Below are positions 1 through 9,365 of a stretch of DNA of 64,000 nt, piece by piece. The translations under genes and the position numbers were made by a program. The notes under the pieces were generated by a model. The model worked only from the letters and a program-made list of their open reading frames with translations. It was not told where the DNA came from and searched no databases. The first letter of the stretch is position 1; each line of letters opens with the position of its first letter. The stretch is taken from IMG/VR virus record IMGVR_UViG_3300025536_000010, positions 170,887-234,886 of that record. One strand, 5' to 3'.

Positions 1-1503
1 CCGCGTCGTGTTGTAGTGGCCTTCGCTCTTACCGACCAGGATGTCCCACTTCTCTTGGTTGGCGTAGTGCATCGGCATGATGATCTGCGGGACGTGGTAG
101 CCCGCAAACGTCCAGCGCCGCTCCGGGTAGGCGTGAACCCAACGACCCATGCGCGGGTTGACCGGCTGCCGGCACATCGAGCAGACCACGCCTGGGCACT
201 CCTCGCAGATGTCTCGGTGCCACTTCCCGATCATCCCCCATAGATCCCAGTTCTCGGATGGGATGTTCCAGTGCCCGCAGCCGCCGCGCAGACACTTAAT
301 CATCCACTCGGCCTGGCTGCTGTCCTGCCACAGCGACTCCATCGTATTGTCGAGCGACTTCGGCGTGCCGGCGTACTGCTTCAAGGCCCAGGGTGAGCCG
401 GACAGCGTCTCGTGGATGATTTGCAGGAAGTCATGATTCATGTCCTGCACTTCGTCGATGACGTTCTTGTCGGCCGGGATACCGCGGGTACGCTCGGCGT
501 CGAGGAACGCATAGGAGAAGTACATCGCGCTGCCGTTGATGAAGCTGCGCTGGAGGATCTGGTTGGTCGTCTTCTTGCCGGTGAAGAGGCGGTGGACCGG
601 CGAGTTGTCGATGAACTCCCGAACGTAGTTGTGGGAGAAGCGCCGGATCATCTCGAACAGCGGCGTGACGTAGAGCGTCGAGAAGTAGGGGATGGAGTTG
701 GAGAAGACCACGCCCTGAGCAGCCAGTGAGGTCGAGTTGTGGGACACGACCTTGCCGAGGATGAAGTTGTGGTCTTCTTCGACCTCGATGTCGACGGTGT
801 TGGCCTGACCGTCTTCGTAGTTAGCCCGCACGCGCTCCCAGGCCAGTTCGCCGCATTTCCCCTGCACCGCCAGATAGTCGCCTCGATAGATGTGGCGGAC
901 CATCAGGAACTGTTCAATGTGGTTGTCCGCGTCCCGGGCCAGCAGGCGGTGGTCAGGGGTCACACGGACCTTGAAGCCCGACTCGGTCACCAGGCAGTTG
1001 ACATCTTTGACGCCCGACTGCCAGACTTTGGTGACCTTGCGGGGTGTGAAAGTCTTCCGCGCGTCGGAGAAGGAAATAACAATGTCGCCGACCTTGAGGC
1101 TCTTGGCCGGTACACGCTGCCCGTCCGCCAGCAAAACGAGTTCATTCTCGTCCATGCACTTCGATACCTGCCGCCCCGTTTTGAGGAGCGTGGTGCGGGC
1201 CATGCGCGTGCGGAAGAAGGGCTCGAAGGGGAAGTAGTTGTTCAGCTTGTAGGGCTTGCCCTTGAGCTTGAGCAGCAGCGGTAAGATCGGACGGAGGGAA
1301 ACGCAGTTCCCCTTGCGCAGGAAGTGGCGGGCCAGGACAAGTTTCTTGGTGGCCTCGTCCTCGAAGCCAGTAAGCTCGGGCAGGCTGTCGTAGCCGACCG
1401 GACCAGCCCGGAGGAGAACGGACTTCATCCGTTCTTCCTGCTCAGCCATCCTGACTTCGTTCTCACCGTCAACAGTAAGCTGGTTTTCTGCGTCATAGTT
1501 CAT
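1..1503 (-). CDS. terL: Terminase large subunit, 5' part (runs off the left edge), intein-containing
   Basis: Absent from the ORF track because there is no stop in the window. Manual translation from ATG 1503 is open to base 1: LLKTGRQVSK|intein|STS (Walker A), VIDEVQD (Walker B), YAGTPK (coupling motif), then a Cys-rich segment as in gpA-like terminases. Start codon uncertain. Confidence 0.85.
   Translation of the reverse strand, partial: MNYDAENQLTVDGENEVRMAEQEERMKSVLLRAGPVGYDSLPELTGFEDEATKKLVLARHFLRKGNCVSLRPILPLLLKLKGKPYKLNNYFPFEPFFRTRMARTTLLKTGRQVSKCMDENELVLLADGQRVPAKSLKVGDIVISFSDARKTFTPRKVTKVWQSGVKDVNCLVTESGFKVRVTPDHRLLARDADNHIEQFLMVRHIYRGDYLAVQGKCGELAWERVRANYEDGQANTVDIEVEEDHNFILGKVVSHNSTSLAAQGVVFSNSIPYFSTLYVTPLFEMIRRFSHNYVREFIDNSPVHRLFTGKKTTNQILQRSFINGSAMYFSYAFLDAERTRGIPADKNVIDEVQDMNHDFLQIIHETLSGSPWALKQYAGTPKSLDNTMESLWQDSSQAEWMIKCLRGGCGHWNIPSENWDLWGMIGKWHRDICEECPGVVCSMCRQPVNPRMGRWVHAYPERRWTFAGYHVPQIIMPMHYANQEKWDILVGKSEGHYNTTR
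736..1158 (-). mobile_element. Mini-intein (141 aa, no homing endonuclease) inserted in the terminase Walker A motif
   Basis: Starts CMDENELVLLADG (block A), contains VTPDHRLL (block B TxxH), ends VDIEVEEDHNFILGKVVSHN followed by Ser. Removal restores GRQVSKST. Confidence 0.92.
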
Positions 1504-1516
1504 GAGGAGGACTTCC

Positions 1517-1741
1517 TTGTCTCAAAAGCAGCGCCGTCACCGCGGCAAGGCGGATGATACCTTTCTGCCGCAGCGTGGGCAAGGTGCAGAGGATGAGGGG
1601 GCGGACTGGATCGTCGGCTGCATCGTCGTCCTGCTCGAAGGCGCCTGCGGCCTGGTGATGGCGATTGCCCGCCCCCTCTGGGATCTGGTACGCTTCGTGT
1701 GCTGGGACGCCTGGCGCACGGAGCCTAAACGCAAACCCTAA
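1517..1741 (+). CDS. Small putative membrane protein
   Basis: GAGGAGG 6 nt before TTG 1517; hydrophobic stretch WIVGCIVVLL. Confidence 0.45.
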   Translation: MSQKQRRHRGKADDTFLPQRGQGAEDEGADWIVGCIVVLLEGACGLVMAIARPLWDLVRFVCWDAWRTEPKRKP

Positions 1742-1755
1742 CACGGAGGCCACGC

Positions 1756-1971
1756 ATGGCTGTGTCCCGTTCGGCCCTGGACTTCCTGCGGCGCAAAGGT
1801 CTGGTCACTGATATGCTGCGACCTGGCCCACGTCTCAACGTGAGCCAGCTGCTCGTTCACACCGTTCCCATTCCTTCGCCGCCCAAGCCCTTGCCGCACC
1901 TGTTGACGGGCTTCGAGGGCGACCCGCCACCCGACCGGGGCATGTCCAGGCCGTGGCCCGGACAACCGTAG
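1756..1971 (+). CDS. Hypothetical protein
   Basis: GGAGG RBS, fits the gene packing. Confidence 0.5.
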   Translation: MAVSRSALDFLRRKGLVTDMLRPGPRLNVSQLLVHTVPIPSPPKPLPHLLTGFEGDPPPDRGMSRPWPGQP

Positions 1972-1985
1972 AGGTCGGAGGATTG

Positions 1986-2165
1986 ATGTCAAAGCACAAT
2001 GGGGACGGTATGCTCGTCCCCAAGTTCATCGGCGGGCTCATGGTCGTGGGCGTCCTCTGGACGGTCCTCACCGGAGCCCTGTGGCACTGGGTCGTTGTCG
2101 GGGTCGTGACTGTCATGACGCTGGCCGTGGCTAAAGCTGCCACACCGCCCAAGAAAGGTAAATGA
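1986..2165 (+). CDS. Small two-helix membrane protein
   Basis: GGAGG RBS; two hydrophobic segments and a basic C-terminus; ATGA overlap with the next gene. Confidence 0.6.
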   Translation: MSKHNGDGMLVPKFIGGLMVVGVLWTVLTGALWHWVVVGVVTVMTLAVAKAATPPKKGK

Positions 2166-2623
2166 TGACCATTACCGAGTTGGTGATTGCGGCACTGGCG
2201 ACCTGGGAGATAATCGAGATCTGGCGGCACGGTAGTATCTTCGCCGACCGGCGGGCCTACGCCCAGGCCGAAGGCTACGGACACTTCCTACGGCGGCTGC
2301 TCGATTGCGGCTTCTGCCTGAGCCCGTGGGTCGCCTTCCTGCTCGTGCTGTGCCCGCTGACGCTGTCCCTGGCGGTCGACCCACCACGGCACTGGTTGGC
2401 TGGCTCGGTGTGGGCGTTCTTCCTGTTGTGGCGTTACGCCGTCTACGCCTTTGCCGTTGCTCGGCTCGCCAACCTCGGTAATGATCTCACGCACTCGTGG
2501 TGCCGCACACCAGACACCAAGAAGCAGATCGCCGCGCAGTTCGCGGGCGATGATTCAAAAGCCACTTTAGAGGAGAGGCCGCATGGACCAGCAACCGATG
2601 CAAACGGAGAAGACCACGTTTGA
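2162..2623 (+). CDS. Membrane protein with CxxC motif (DUF1360-like)
   Basis: LLDCGFCLSPWVA motif between hydrophobic helices. Confidence 0.6.
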   Translation: MMTITELVIAALATWEIIEIWRHGSIFADRRAYAQAEGYGHFLRRLLDCGFCLSPWVAFLLVLCPLTLSLAVDPPRHWLAGSVWAFFLLWRYAVYAFAVARLANLGNDLTHSWCRTPDTKKQIAAQFAGDDSKATLEERPHGPATDANGEDHV

Positions 2624-2999
2624 CATGGCCGTTATGGCCAAGCTCAAAAACGCCGCCGACAGCGTGTTGACCGAGCACCCAGAGGTTGACTGCGTCTGTG
2701 CGGTCGTCTCCTGGAAGGGCAACCTCAACGACGCTGGCATCAAACACGGCATCTGGGTCGGTGACCAAGGGCCAGTCGGTACGGCCGAGGGCATTTTCGG
2801 CAGCATGTACCAACTAATAAAGATGTTCGACGAGCAGGCCACGAGGGCCGTGAAATACGTCGAGCATGTCCGCGAAAAAGTTGAGGTTCTGGGAACAGAA
2901 CTGAGGAACCGCCATGAAGAACTCGAAGCGGTCAAAGCAGAAATCGCAAAGTGCAAAGCCCAAGTTCAGTCTGACGCCGGAGGAACAAAAACCACTTGA
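2583..2999 (+). CDS. Hypothetical protein with C-terminal coiled coil
   Basis: GAGGAG RBS, typical codon usage. Confidence 0.65.
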   Translation: MDQQPMQTEKTTFDMAVMAKLKNAADSVLTEHPEVDCVCAVVSWKGNLNDAGIKHGIWVGDQGPVGTAEGIFGSMYQLIKMFDEQATRAVKYVEHVREKVEVLGTELRNRHEELEAVKAEIAKCKAQVQSDAGGTKTT

Positions 3000-3564
3000 G
3001 GACTTACTCAAGGACCACGGCGTCAAGAACTGGGACTTCCTCATCGTCGGTGACGGCTCCGGGTCGAACTGGAACCGTGAGGCGGGCTGGGGCGCAGTCA
3101 GTATCGAAAAAATCACAATGGAACGTCTCGTGTGGACCGGGACGATGAACAAGGGCACGGTCAACTTCGCAGAGATGATGGCTTACCAGCAGCCACTCAG
3201 CTGGCTGGCCGCCCGCGAAGAAGATCGCCGCGCCAAGCGCGCGGTGAAGTACCGGGCCTACCAGGTCCACATCTTCACGGACAGTGACTACTGCCGGCAA
3301 ACCGGCAACAGCAAGAACCGCCTCGTGGCCAAGAACGGGGCGTTGTGGGCGGCGTTCGATAGTTACGTTCGGCAGGGCTTCGTGCTCAACTGGCACTGGA
3401 TACCGCGCGGCAGCGTGGCCCTGAACTCCTACTGTGACAGGCTGTCGAAACTGGCAAGGCTCCTGATGAAAAAGTATAATCTCCAGGAGAAGCTAGAAAC
3501 GGAACACTCCTGCGGGGGTGTACCGCGGACAGTCTACGACATCAACCCGTCCGAGGCGGGGTAG
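2914..3564 (+). CDS. rnhA: Ribonuclease HI-like protein
   Basis: IVGDGSG..AGWGAV, TVNFAEM, IFTDSDY, KNGALW, WHWIP, N..CDRLSK match the RNase HI D-E-D-D pattern. True start may be slightly downstream. Confidence 0.8.
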   Translation: MKNSKRSKQKSQSAKPKFSLTPEEQKPLEDLLKDHGVKNWDFLIVGDGSGSNWNREAGWGAVSIEKITMERLVWTGTMNKGTVNFAEMMAYQQPLSWLAAREEDRRAKRAVKYRAYQVHIFTDSDYCRQTGNSKNRLVAKNGALWAAFDSYVRQGFVLNWHWIPRGSVALNSYCDRLSKLARLLMKKYNLQEKLETEHSCGGVPRTVYDINPSEAG

Positions 3565-3572
3565 GAGGGTGC

Positions 3573-4073
3573 GTGATAATCAACGAGGGCCGATTGGAGG
3601 TGCGCTGGTATCGCCCGTCCGACATGGTACAGCTTGTTGGGCTGCATCAATGCTGCCTACCCAAGGAAGGTTGGACGAGCAAGGATTTCTGGAAGTTCGT
3701 CCATAAGGCCGGCACGACCAACATCCTCAAAGTGCTGTCCGACGACCAGGGCAAGATCGTATACGGTACGCTGCTGTACACCCTTGGCCCCGGTGAGTGC
3801 CGTCTCCGGCGTGTCTGTGTTTGGCCCGACTACCGCCGCCGCGGTCTGGGCACTTTCATGGTCCACACGACCATGACGAGCCCACGCAGTTCGCTCAAAA
3901 ACCGCAACTTCGTCGCCAAGGTCAAAGAAGCCGACGTCACGGCCCAGCTGTTTTTGCGAAAGCTGGACTTCACGTTCAACGCAAAGGAGGCGCGCGCTCA
4001 AGACGACGAAGGCAAGGACTACTATGTCTTTCGCTTCAAAAAGCCCGAGTTTGCTGCCCTAGCAACCGGGTGA
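3573..4073 (+). CDS. GNAT acetyltransferase (RimI-like)
   Basis: VWPDYRRRGLGT acetyl-CoA motif; VKEADVTAQLFLRKLDF. Confidence 0.8.
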   Translation: MIINEGRLEVRWYRPSDMVQLVGLHQCCLPKEGWTSKDFWKFVHKAGTTNILKVLSDDQGKIVYGTLLYTLGPGECRLRRVCVWPDYRRRGLGTFMVHTTMTSPRSSLKNRNFVAKVKEADVTAQLFLRKLDFTFNAKEARAQDDEGKDYYVFRFKKPEFAALATG

Positions 4074-4097
4074 CGGTATCGTTCAGACAGGTCTGTA

Positions 4098-4958
4098 ATG
4101 ACGACCACAGTCAAAGTACGAACCCACACCGCCCACATCGTCGAGTTCGAGGACAAAGAGTACGAGGTCAGCCTGCAACCGGACTCGTGCGTTGATGTCC
4201 AAGTGAAACGTCTCGCGGACGGGTCGCTGGTGATCGGTTACCTCGTCCAAGACACCGACTGTCAACACCCGCTCAACGACTGCGACGGCTCCGGCAAGAT
4301 CTACCGCCGCTACCGCGACGCTCCGCGCGAAGAGAAGGCGCAGTTCTACACGGAGATGGCCGTCGACGAATACGGTGAGAAAACTGGTAAGCCCAACCCG
4401 TACGCCGTGCTGCTCGACGTTTACATCCACTCTGGCGAGGTCTGGCGGGTCCACGGCTCAGGAAAGTATTTCCCGGACGAGCGCTGGGACGTCAGCAACA
4501 CAGCTGGCGTTTGGGTGCCAGACGAGTCCTGCGTCCAGCATATCGAATTGACAGCTGCACAACAGGTACTCGGCGACCGAGGTAAAATCCTCTTCGGTGT
4601 ACCGGGACGCTTCGGCAGCTACGGTTGGGAAGTCGGCACGAGACGGAAAATCGGGCTCAAAAGCCCGTTCAACGCGCTCCGCTCGGCTGTCGAATCCGGC
4701 TGTCATGTTGTGTTCCTCATTTCCTACGGCACGGAGTTTCGTGCTGCCGCTCGGCAAGAGGCCATCCGATGCGCTACCTCGGCGGTCGAAGAGTACAACA
4801 AATGGCTCTCTGGCGACTGCTGGGGCGTCTGCATTGACACTTTCGACGAGGACGGCGAGCCGAACGATAACGACTCCTGCTGGGGTTATATCGGCCAGGA
4901 GTACGCCGAGGAGGAACTTACCTTGGAGATGGAACACAGAGGCAAGCCAACGCCATAG
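4098..4958 (+). CDS. Hypothetical phage protein
   Basis: 286-aa ORF with typical codon bias; DSCWGYIG C-terminal motif. Confidence 0.7.
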   Translation: MTTTVKVRTHTAHIVEFEDKEYEVSLQPDSCVDVQVKRLADGSLVIGYLVQDTDCQHPLNDCDGSGKIYRRYRDAPREEKAQFYTEMAVDEYGEKTGKPNPYAVLLDVYIHSGEVWRVHGSGKYFPDERWDVSNTAGVWVPDESCVQHIELTAAQQVLGDRGKILFGVPGRFGSYGWEVGTRRKIGLKSPFNALRSAVESGCHVVFLISYGTEFRAAARQEAIRCATSAVEEYNKWLSGDCWGVCIDTFDEDGEPNDNDSCWGYIGQEYAEEELTLEMEHRGKPTP

Positions 4959-4967
4959 GAGGAGCCT

Positions 4968-5390
4968 GTGGTAAAAAAGAAAAAAGCGTTAGCCGTCAAA
5001 CTCGTGCCCGTCCCAAAGGCGTTCATGGAACAGGTAGAGAAAGCCTACTCGGCCGATACCATCGGCGGCCGTGAGCGCCTGCGTGATGTCTTTTTCTACC
5101 AAGGGCTGATGCGCACCACCACGAGTGTCATCTCCGGCGGCGAACGATCCACCGAGGCCACAACCTGGGAGGTCGTGCCGGCCGAGAAATTCAAAGGCAC
5201 GATCCTCAGCTACGCCGACATGCAGCGGCACGCCGACAACGGCACCTGGACATACGAGGGGATGCGCGTCCGCCTGGGTGAGGACTGGTGCGTCCTCACC
5301 CGCGAGATCCGTTTCGTCCTCGACAAGAAAGCGGCCATGCCCGGCGGCGCAGACAACCCGGCACGAGGTAAACCGCAAGGACTGTTCTAA
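4968..5390 (+). CDS. Hypothetical protein
   Basis: AGGAGG RBS before GTG. Confidence 0.65.
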   Translation: MVKKKKALAVKLVPVPKAFMEQVEKAYSADTIGGRERLRDVFFYQGLMRTTTSVISGGERSTEATTWEVVPAEKFKGTILSYADMQRHADNGTWTYEGMRVRLGEDWCVLTREIRFVLDKKAAMPGGADNPARGKPQGLF

Positions 5391-5401
5391 CGAGAGACGT
5401 C

Positions 5402-5620
5402 ATGAGCCGACAGCACCTGATAGAGTGTGAGAAGCTGCTGGAAGAGTTCGTCGAGAACATCGACGACACTGGCGGGCTCGGCGAAATGAAACCGGGTGTA
5501 TTCGCGCCCCTGGCCGATCCATCCTGGTCGGACCTGGGTGACCTGTACATCCGGGCGTGCAAGGCTCTCGGCCGGGAGCCAGTGATCGAGCGAATAGAGG
5601 AAGACGATGGCGACGGTTAG
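5402..5620 (+). CDS. Hypothetical protein
   Basis: Packing and codon bias. Confidence 0.6.
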   Translation: MSRQHLIECEKLLEEFVENIDDTGGLGEMKPGVFAPLADPSWSDLGDLYIRACKALGREPVIERIEEDDGDG

Positions 5621-5867
5621 CTGGGGTAACGACCAGCATACGCACTTCGTCGGCCGCAACGGTTGTTTCAAATGCTCCGGCATTACCGTACAGACGACCG
5701 ATGGCGATAATCTGCTTGGCCTCGAACCGCTCACCAGCCGCGGCTTCACAGGTCGCTGCTGTATTGAAATCCCGGCGAGCGCCATCGACGGGCTGATTGC
5801 AGCGCTACAAGAAGCCAAGAGGGAGCTACAACCATGCGTTCCGGCACAAACCGCACCCAGGCGTTGA
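5607..5867 (+). CDS. Hypothetical protein
   Basis: Overlap-coupled with neighbours. Confidence 0.55.
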   Translation: MATVSWGNDQHTHFVGRNGCFKCSGITVQTTDGDNLLGLEPLTSRGFTGRCCIEIPASAIDGLIAALQEAKRELQPCVPAQTAPRR

Positions 5868-6061
5868 GCCTGGCCCTGGCCAACGCCAAAACGGACGACA
5901 AACCCCGTTACGTCTGGATGTGGGACGGCGTATACTGGGTCGAGCGTGAGCCGCCCAAGGCTGCCTGGGCTGGAACAAATCTGGAAACGGTCACGGTCGT
6001 CAACCCCGAAGGCACGACCGAGACGTTTGACCCGCAGAAACATGGAGAGAAACAATGCTGA
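5834..6061 (+). CDS. Hypothetical protein
   Basis: GGGAG RBS; coupled to dcd. Confidence 0.55.
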   Translation: MRSGTNRTQALSLALANAKTDDKPRYVWMWDGVYWVEREPPKAAWAGTNLETVTVVNPEGTTETFDPQKHGEKQC

Positions 6062-6750
6062 CCGGCAAGCAGATCGAGCGCGAGGTGGAGCGAGGCCGCA
6101 TGACCATCTGGCCGTGGAATCCAAAACAGCTGAACCCCAACAGTTACAACTTGTGTTGGGATGCCCATCTCAAGATCTACAAGAAGACGGAGCCGTTGCT
6201 CCGTTGGTATGAAACGCTGGAGAACCTGCGCCAGCGCGGGGCGATGACGACGCTCGAAATGTACACGCTGGCGGGACCGAAACCGATCCTCGAACCGCTC
6301 AACATGCGTACGAAGGAGGAAACGGTCGACCTGCTGATTCCGCCGGACGGCTTGACTCTTTTCCCGGAGATGCTCTACCTGGCCGCGACCGTCGAGTTCG
6401 CCGGCTCGGACTGGTTCATCCCGGAACTGCACGGCCGCTCGTCAATGGGCCGCCTGGGCGTCTTCGTTCACGTCACGGCCGGCTTCGGAGACTGTGGGTT
6501 CTCTGGGCACCCCGAACACACAGACGCCTACGGTGCGCACCAGCAAGACACCCGCGCACAGTGGACCCTCGAAGTCGTGGCTGTCCACCCCATCCGCGTC
6601 TACGCCGGCGTGCAAGTATGCCAAATCTGTTTTGCAAAGCCCGTGCAAGACGCGGACCTTGGAGATCTGCCGCGCTACAGCGGCAAGTACGTCGCCGACC
6701 GCGGCCCGAAGGCGTCCAACCTGTGGAAGGATTTCCTCGAACACGATTAA
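6055..6750 (+). CDS. dcd: dCTP deaminase (dCTP deaminase/dUTPase family)
   Basis: QLNPNSYNL, GRSSMGRLG, TAGFGDCGFSG, WTLEV, VCQICF, YSGKY. Confidence 0.9.
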   Translation: MLTGKQIEREVERGRMTIWPWNPKQLNPNSYNLCWDAHLKIYKKTEPLLRWYETLENLRQRGAMTTLEMYTLAGPKPILEPLNMRTKEETVDLLIPPDGLTLFPEMLYLAATVEFAGSDWFIPELHGRSSMGRLGVFVHVTAGFGDCGFSGHPEHTDAYGAHQQDTRAQWTLEVVAVHPIRVYAGVQVCQICFAKPVQDADLGDLPRYSGKYVADRGPKASNLWKDFLEHD

Positions 6751-6785
6751 CATATAACGTGCAACAGGAGCCGTAACGAGGTACA

Positions 6786-7157
6786 ATGCCACCAGAAAAC
6801 CGCAAACGCAGGCAACCGAAGAAAACAGGGCCTGACACAAGTACCTGGTCGGAAGCCGACAAGGCTGCCTACGCTAAGAAGAAGGCCCTGGAGACACCGA
6901 TTGCCGAGATGGCCCTCCAGGTGCGTGTTATCAACACGTTGGAGGACAACGGCGTCATCATGTGCAGTGACCTCATGAAACAGACCTACGAGGTGCTCAT
7001 GGGGATGAAAAACTTCGGGGACAAAACGCTGACTGAGGTCCGGGACGCCATCAAGGCCCTGGGCCTCGACCCGCCCACCTGGGCCAAACCCCCGAAGCCA
7101 GTGAAGCTCCCCAGGGCCAAGAGCCAGGGGAACGCGATTTTCGGCGACATGTGGTAA
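6786..7157 (+). CDS. Stand-alone RNA polymerase alpha-subunit C-terminal-domain protein
   Basis: PIAEMALQVRVINTLEDNGV..DL..T...LMGMKNFGDKTLTEV...LGL is the alpha-CTD HhH pattern. Confidence 0.85.
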   Translation: MPPENRKRRQPKKTGPDTSTWSEADKAAYAKKKALETPIAEMALQVRVINTLEDNGVIMCSDLMKQTYEVLMGMKNFGDKTLTEVRDAIKALGLDPPTWAKPPKPVKLPRAKSQGNAIFGDMW

Positions 7158-7159
7158 CT

Positions 7160-7564
7160 ATGAACACGAAAACGATGACGGCCGAGCAGCTGCTCGACGT
7201 CTCCACCCGCAGCAGCATGTTCGCAGAGGTGCAGCAGGAGATCCTTGCTCGTCTCGAAGCCTGGGACGAAAGCGCGAAGGACTACAACAACAAGATGGTG
7301 GAGTCCTTCTCGCGCTGCGCCAGTTTTGCGGTCTGCTCCCTGGCCGGCGCGCACCGTATGCCGCGCATGACCAAGGCGCAAATCCGCGAGTTCACAAATC
7401 TGCTTTTTGACTTCTTCTGTCGCGTCTGCCAGGAGCCGCAAGGAAAAAAGGACGAGCCCGAGCCTTTCGATATGATCCAGCAGGTATTGCAAGAATGGCA
7501 CGGAGTCAACCTGGCGACCTCTGCAAGAAGTGCGGCAAGCCCGTCCCCAGAAACGAAGCCCTGA
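7160..7564 (+). CDS. Hypothetical protein
   Basis: Packing and codon bias. Confidence 0.6.
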   Translation: MNTKTMTAEQLLDVSTRSSMFAEVQQEILARLEAWDESAKDYNNKMVESFSRCASFAVCSLAGAHRMPRMTKAQIREFTNLLFDFFCRVCQEPQGKKDEPEPFDMIQQVLQEWHGVNLATSARSAASPSPETKP

Positions 7565-7683
7565 TCTACGCGGGCCTGCACGAGGACTGTTTCGTCCCCA
7601 ACCACGGCGGGACGAAGACAGGGACCGTCGTGCGCGCCAACAAACTACCGTCCCGCAAGGGGCGCTGTCCCAACGACACCTGA
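7495..7683 (+). CDS. Small putative zinc-finger protein
   Basis: CKKCG...HEDC. Confidence 0.5.
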   Translation: MARSQPGDLCKKCGKPVPRNEALIYAGLHEDCFVPNHGGTKTGTVVRANKLPSRKGRCPNDT

Positions 7684-7692
7684 AAGGAGCGT

Positions 7693-9093
7693 TTGATGCT
7701 GAGTGAGACGTACCAAGCGTGTGTGAACCTGGAGATGACCCACAGTGCCCTGGTGCTTACGCGCCACGACCGCGAAACCGGGCAATCCTATGTCATCGGC
7801 ATCCTCCTGGTCCCCACCGCCGACTACGCCGAACACCTGACCAACATCGGCAAGATCATGGCGCAGCCGAAGTCGCCCGAGGTCATTGCGGACGAACTCC
7901 GCGCGGCCGGCTACCCGGTGCTGCGCTACAACACCGTCAACCGCGAGAACCCCTGTTCCGAAATCTTCATAGGCTGGCATCAGTACGGACGCTCCCGCCG
8001 TGGTTCTTCGTCCTACCTACATACTGCCGAGCGGGCCGACAACGCGCCCAAGGATACCTTCGGCATCAAGACCACCTTCCCGCCGATCAAGGAAACGCAG
8101 CTGGTGGAGATGGACTTCGCCGGTGCCGAGTTGGGCGAGTTTGCGCGCAACGTCAAGGCAACCGCAGCGGGCGATTACCCAAGCAACCAGATCTTCATCT
8201 GCCAGAACTGCGGCAAGAACTACGTCTACGGCCAGGCCAAGGAAGCCATCCACCGCGAGTTGGGGCAAGCAGGCAGACCGATTGCTTTCTGCTGCGCGTT
8301 TTGCCAGCGTGACTACCTCCAGAAGCGCGGCCGGATGCCCGCGGTCGGTGCCGAGATTCCGCTCGGCAAACCCGAGGTCTGTAACCTGCGTGCTGCTGTC
8401 GGCCTCAAGCTGACCATCAACTACAAGGACAGCATCGTGGTCGGCGACGAGATCTGCCTCGCGGATGAAGCAGACGTGCGCCAGCTGTTGAACGCCCACG
8501 GCGTCGGCGCCGAGGACATTGAGAAGCTACTCAAGGATCGCACGCTCGACCTGGCCGACAAGGTGCTGCACTTGGACTACGACACGTTCGGGACGGAGAA
8601 ATGGGCGAAGTCGATCAAGGCCCACCTGGACAAGGCCAAAGCCGAGGGCTTGATGCCGCAGGCATTGTTCAGTATCGACAGCATCAGTGTCAGGGCCGCG
8701 GGCGAGCCCATTGTGGCGGACCCAACTCCCGAGCAGTCGGCGAACTTCTTCAAGCAGGCGGCAGCTGCGGCGCACTGGGGGTACTTCGTCAAAGAGCTAG
8801 TCCAGAGTGCGCACAACGGGCTCATGGACGCTCGCGCAGTGAGCATCAACGGGCGGACGATCAAGGAAAACCCAGGCCGTACCGAAAACGAGGCGGACTT
8901 CTGGACAGTCGAAGGCGAGACGCGCTACGAGTTCCAAGATATTGCAAGCGCGGTCTACCACTGTCTCAGCCACCCAGGGAAGGGGTATCTCAATCTGTGG
9001 GCGCTCAAGTACGGCCGCGACGCCAGTGCAGCGGAGGCGCACGTCTTAACGGCACAGATCGGGGACGTGGTGGTGACCGGCGGCAGGCGCTAG
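7693..9093 (+). CDS. Hypothetical multidomain protein with a Cys cluster
   Basis: AAGGAG RBS; CQNCG...FCCAFCQ. Confidence 0.7.
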   Translation: MMLSETYQACVNLEMTHSALVLTRHDRETGQSYVIGILLVPTADYAEHLTNIGKIMAQPKSPEVIADELRAAGYPVLRYNTVNRENPCSEIFIGWHQYGRSRRGSSSYLHTAERADNAPKDTFGIKTTFPPIKETQLVEMDFAGAELGEFARNVKATAAGDYPSNQIFICQNCGKNYVYGQAKEAIHRELGQAGRPIAFCCAFCQRDYLQKRGRMPAVGAEIPLGKPEVCNLRAAVGLKLTINYKDSIVVGDEICLADEADVRQLLNAHGVGAEDIEKLLKDRTLDLADKVLHLDYDTFGTEKWAKSIKAHLDKAKAEGLMPQALFSIDSISVRAAGEPIVADPTPEQSANFFKQAAAAAHWGYFVKELVQSAHNGLMDARAVSINGRTIKENPGRTENEADFWTVEGETRYEFQDIASAVYHCLSHPGKGYLNLWALKYGRDASAAEAHVLTAQIGDVVVTGGRR

Positions 9094-9288
9094 GAGGGCG
9101 AAGCCTGAGCGCGTGCGAGGCGCGCTCCCGGCGTCGGGGGCGGGAGCGCGCTGAACCTAAAAGCCATATACGAGGAGCCTGCGGCTCTGTCGCCGATGTG
9201 TTGAGGGAAGCCCGCCGTGGTTAAGCGCGACGCTCCCTTGACCCCTTAATAACTTCTTGGGCTCGCGCAGCGCAGCCCAGGAGAGATT

Positions 9289-9355
9289 TATAATAAGTAG
9301 GCTAGCTACTTAGCCTAAGATGTGCCCCAGGTATTAGGCTAACTGTTAGCCTAAT
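9289..9355 (+). promoter_or_regulatory. AT-rich region with TATAAT and two TAGGCTA-N5/6-TAGCCTA palindromes (operator or origin candidate)
   Basis: TATAAT 9289-9294; palindromes 9298-9317 and 9333-9355 (ATTAGGCTAAC-T-GTTAGCCTAAT). Confidence 0.6.
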
Positions 9356-9365
9356 GGAGGTTTAC

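Noticed and set aside
16-1557. Plus-strand ORFs in the first 1.5 kb
   Set aside because: They lie opposite the terminase gene, which has clear motifs.
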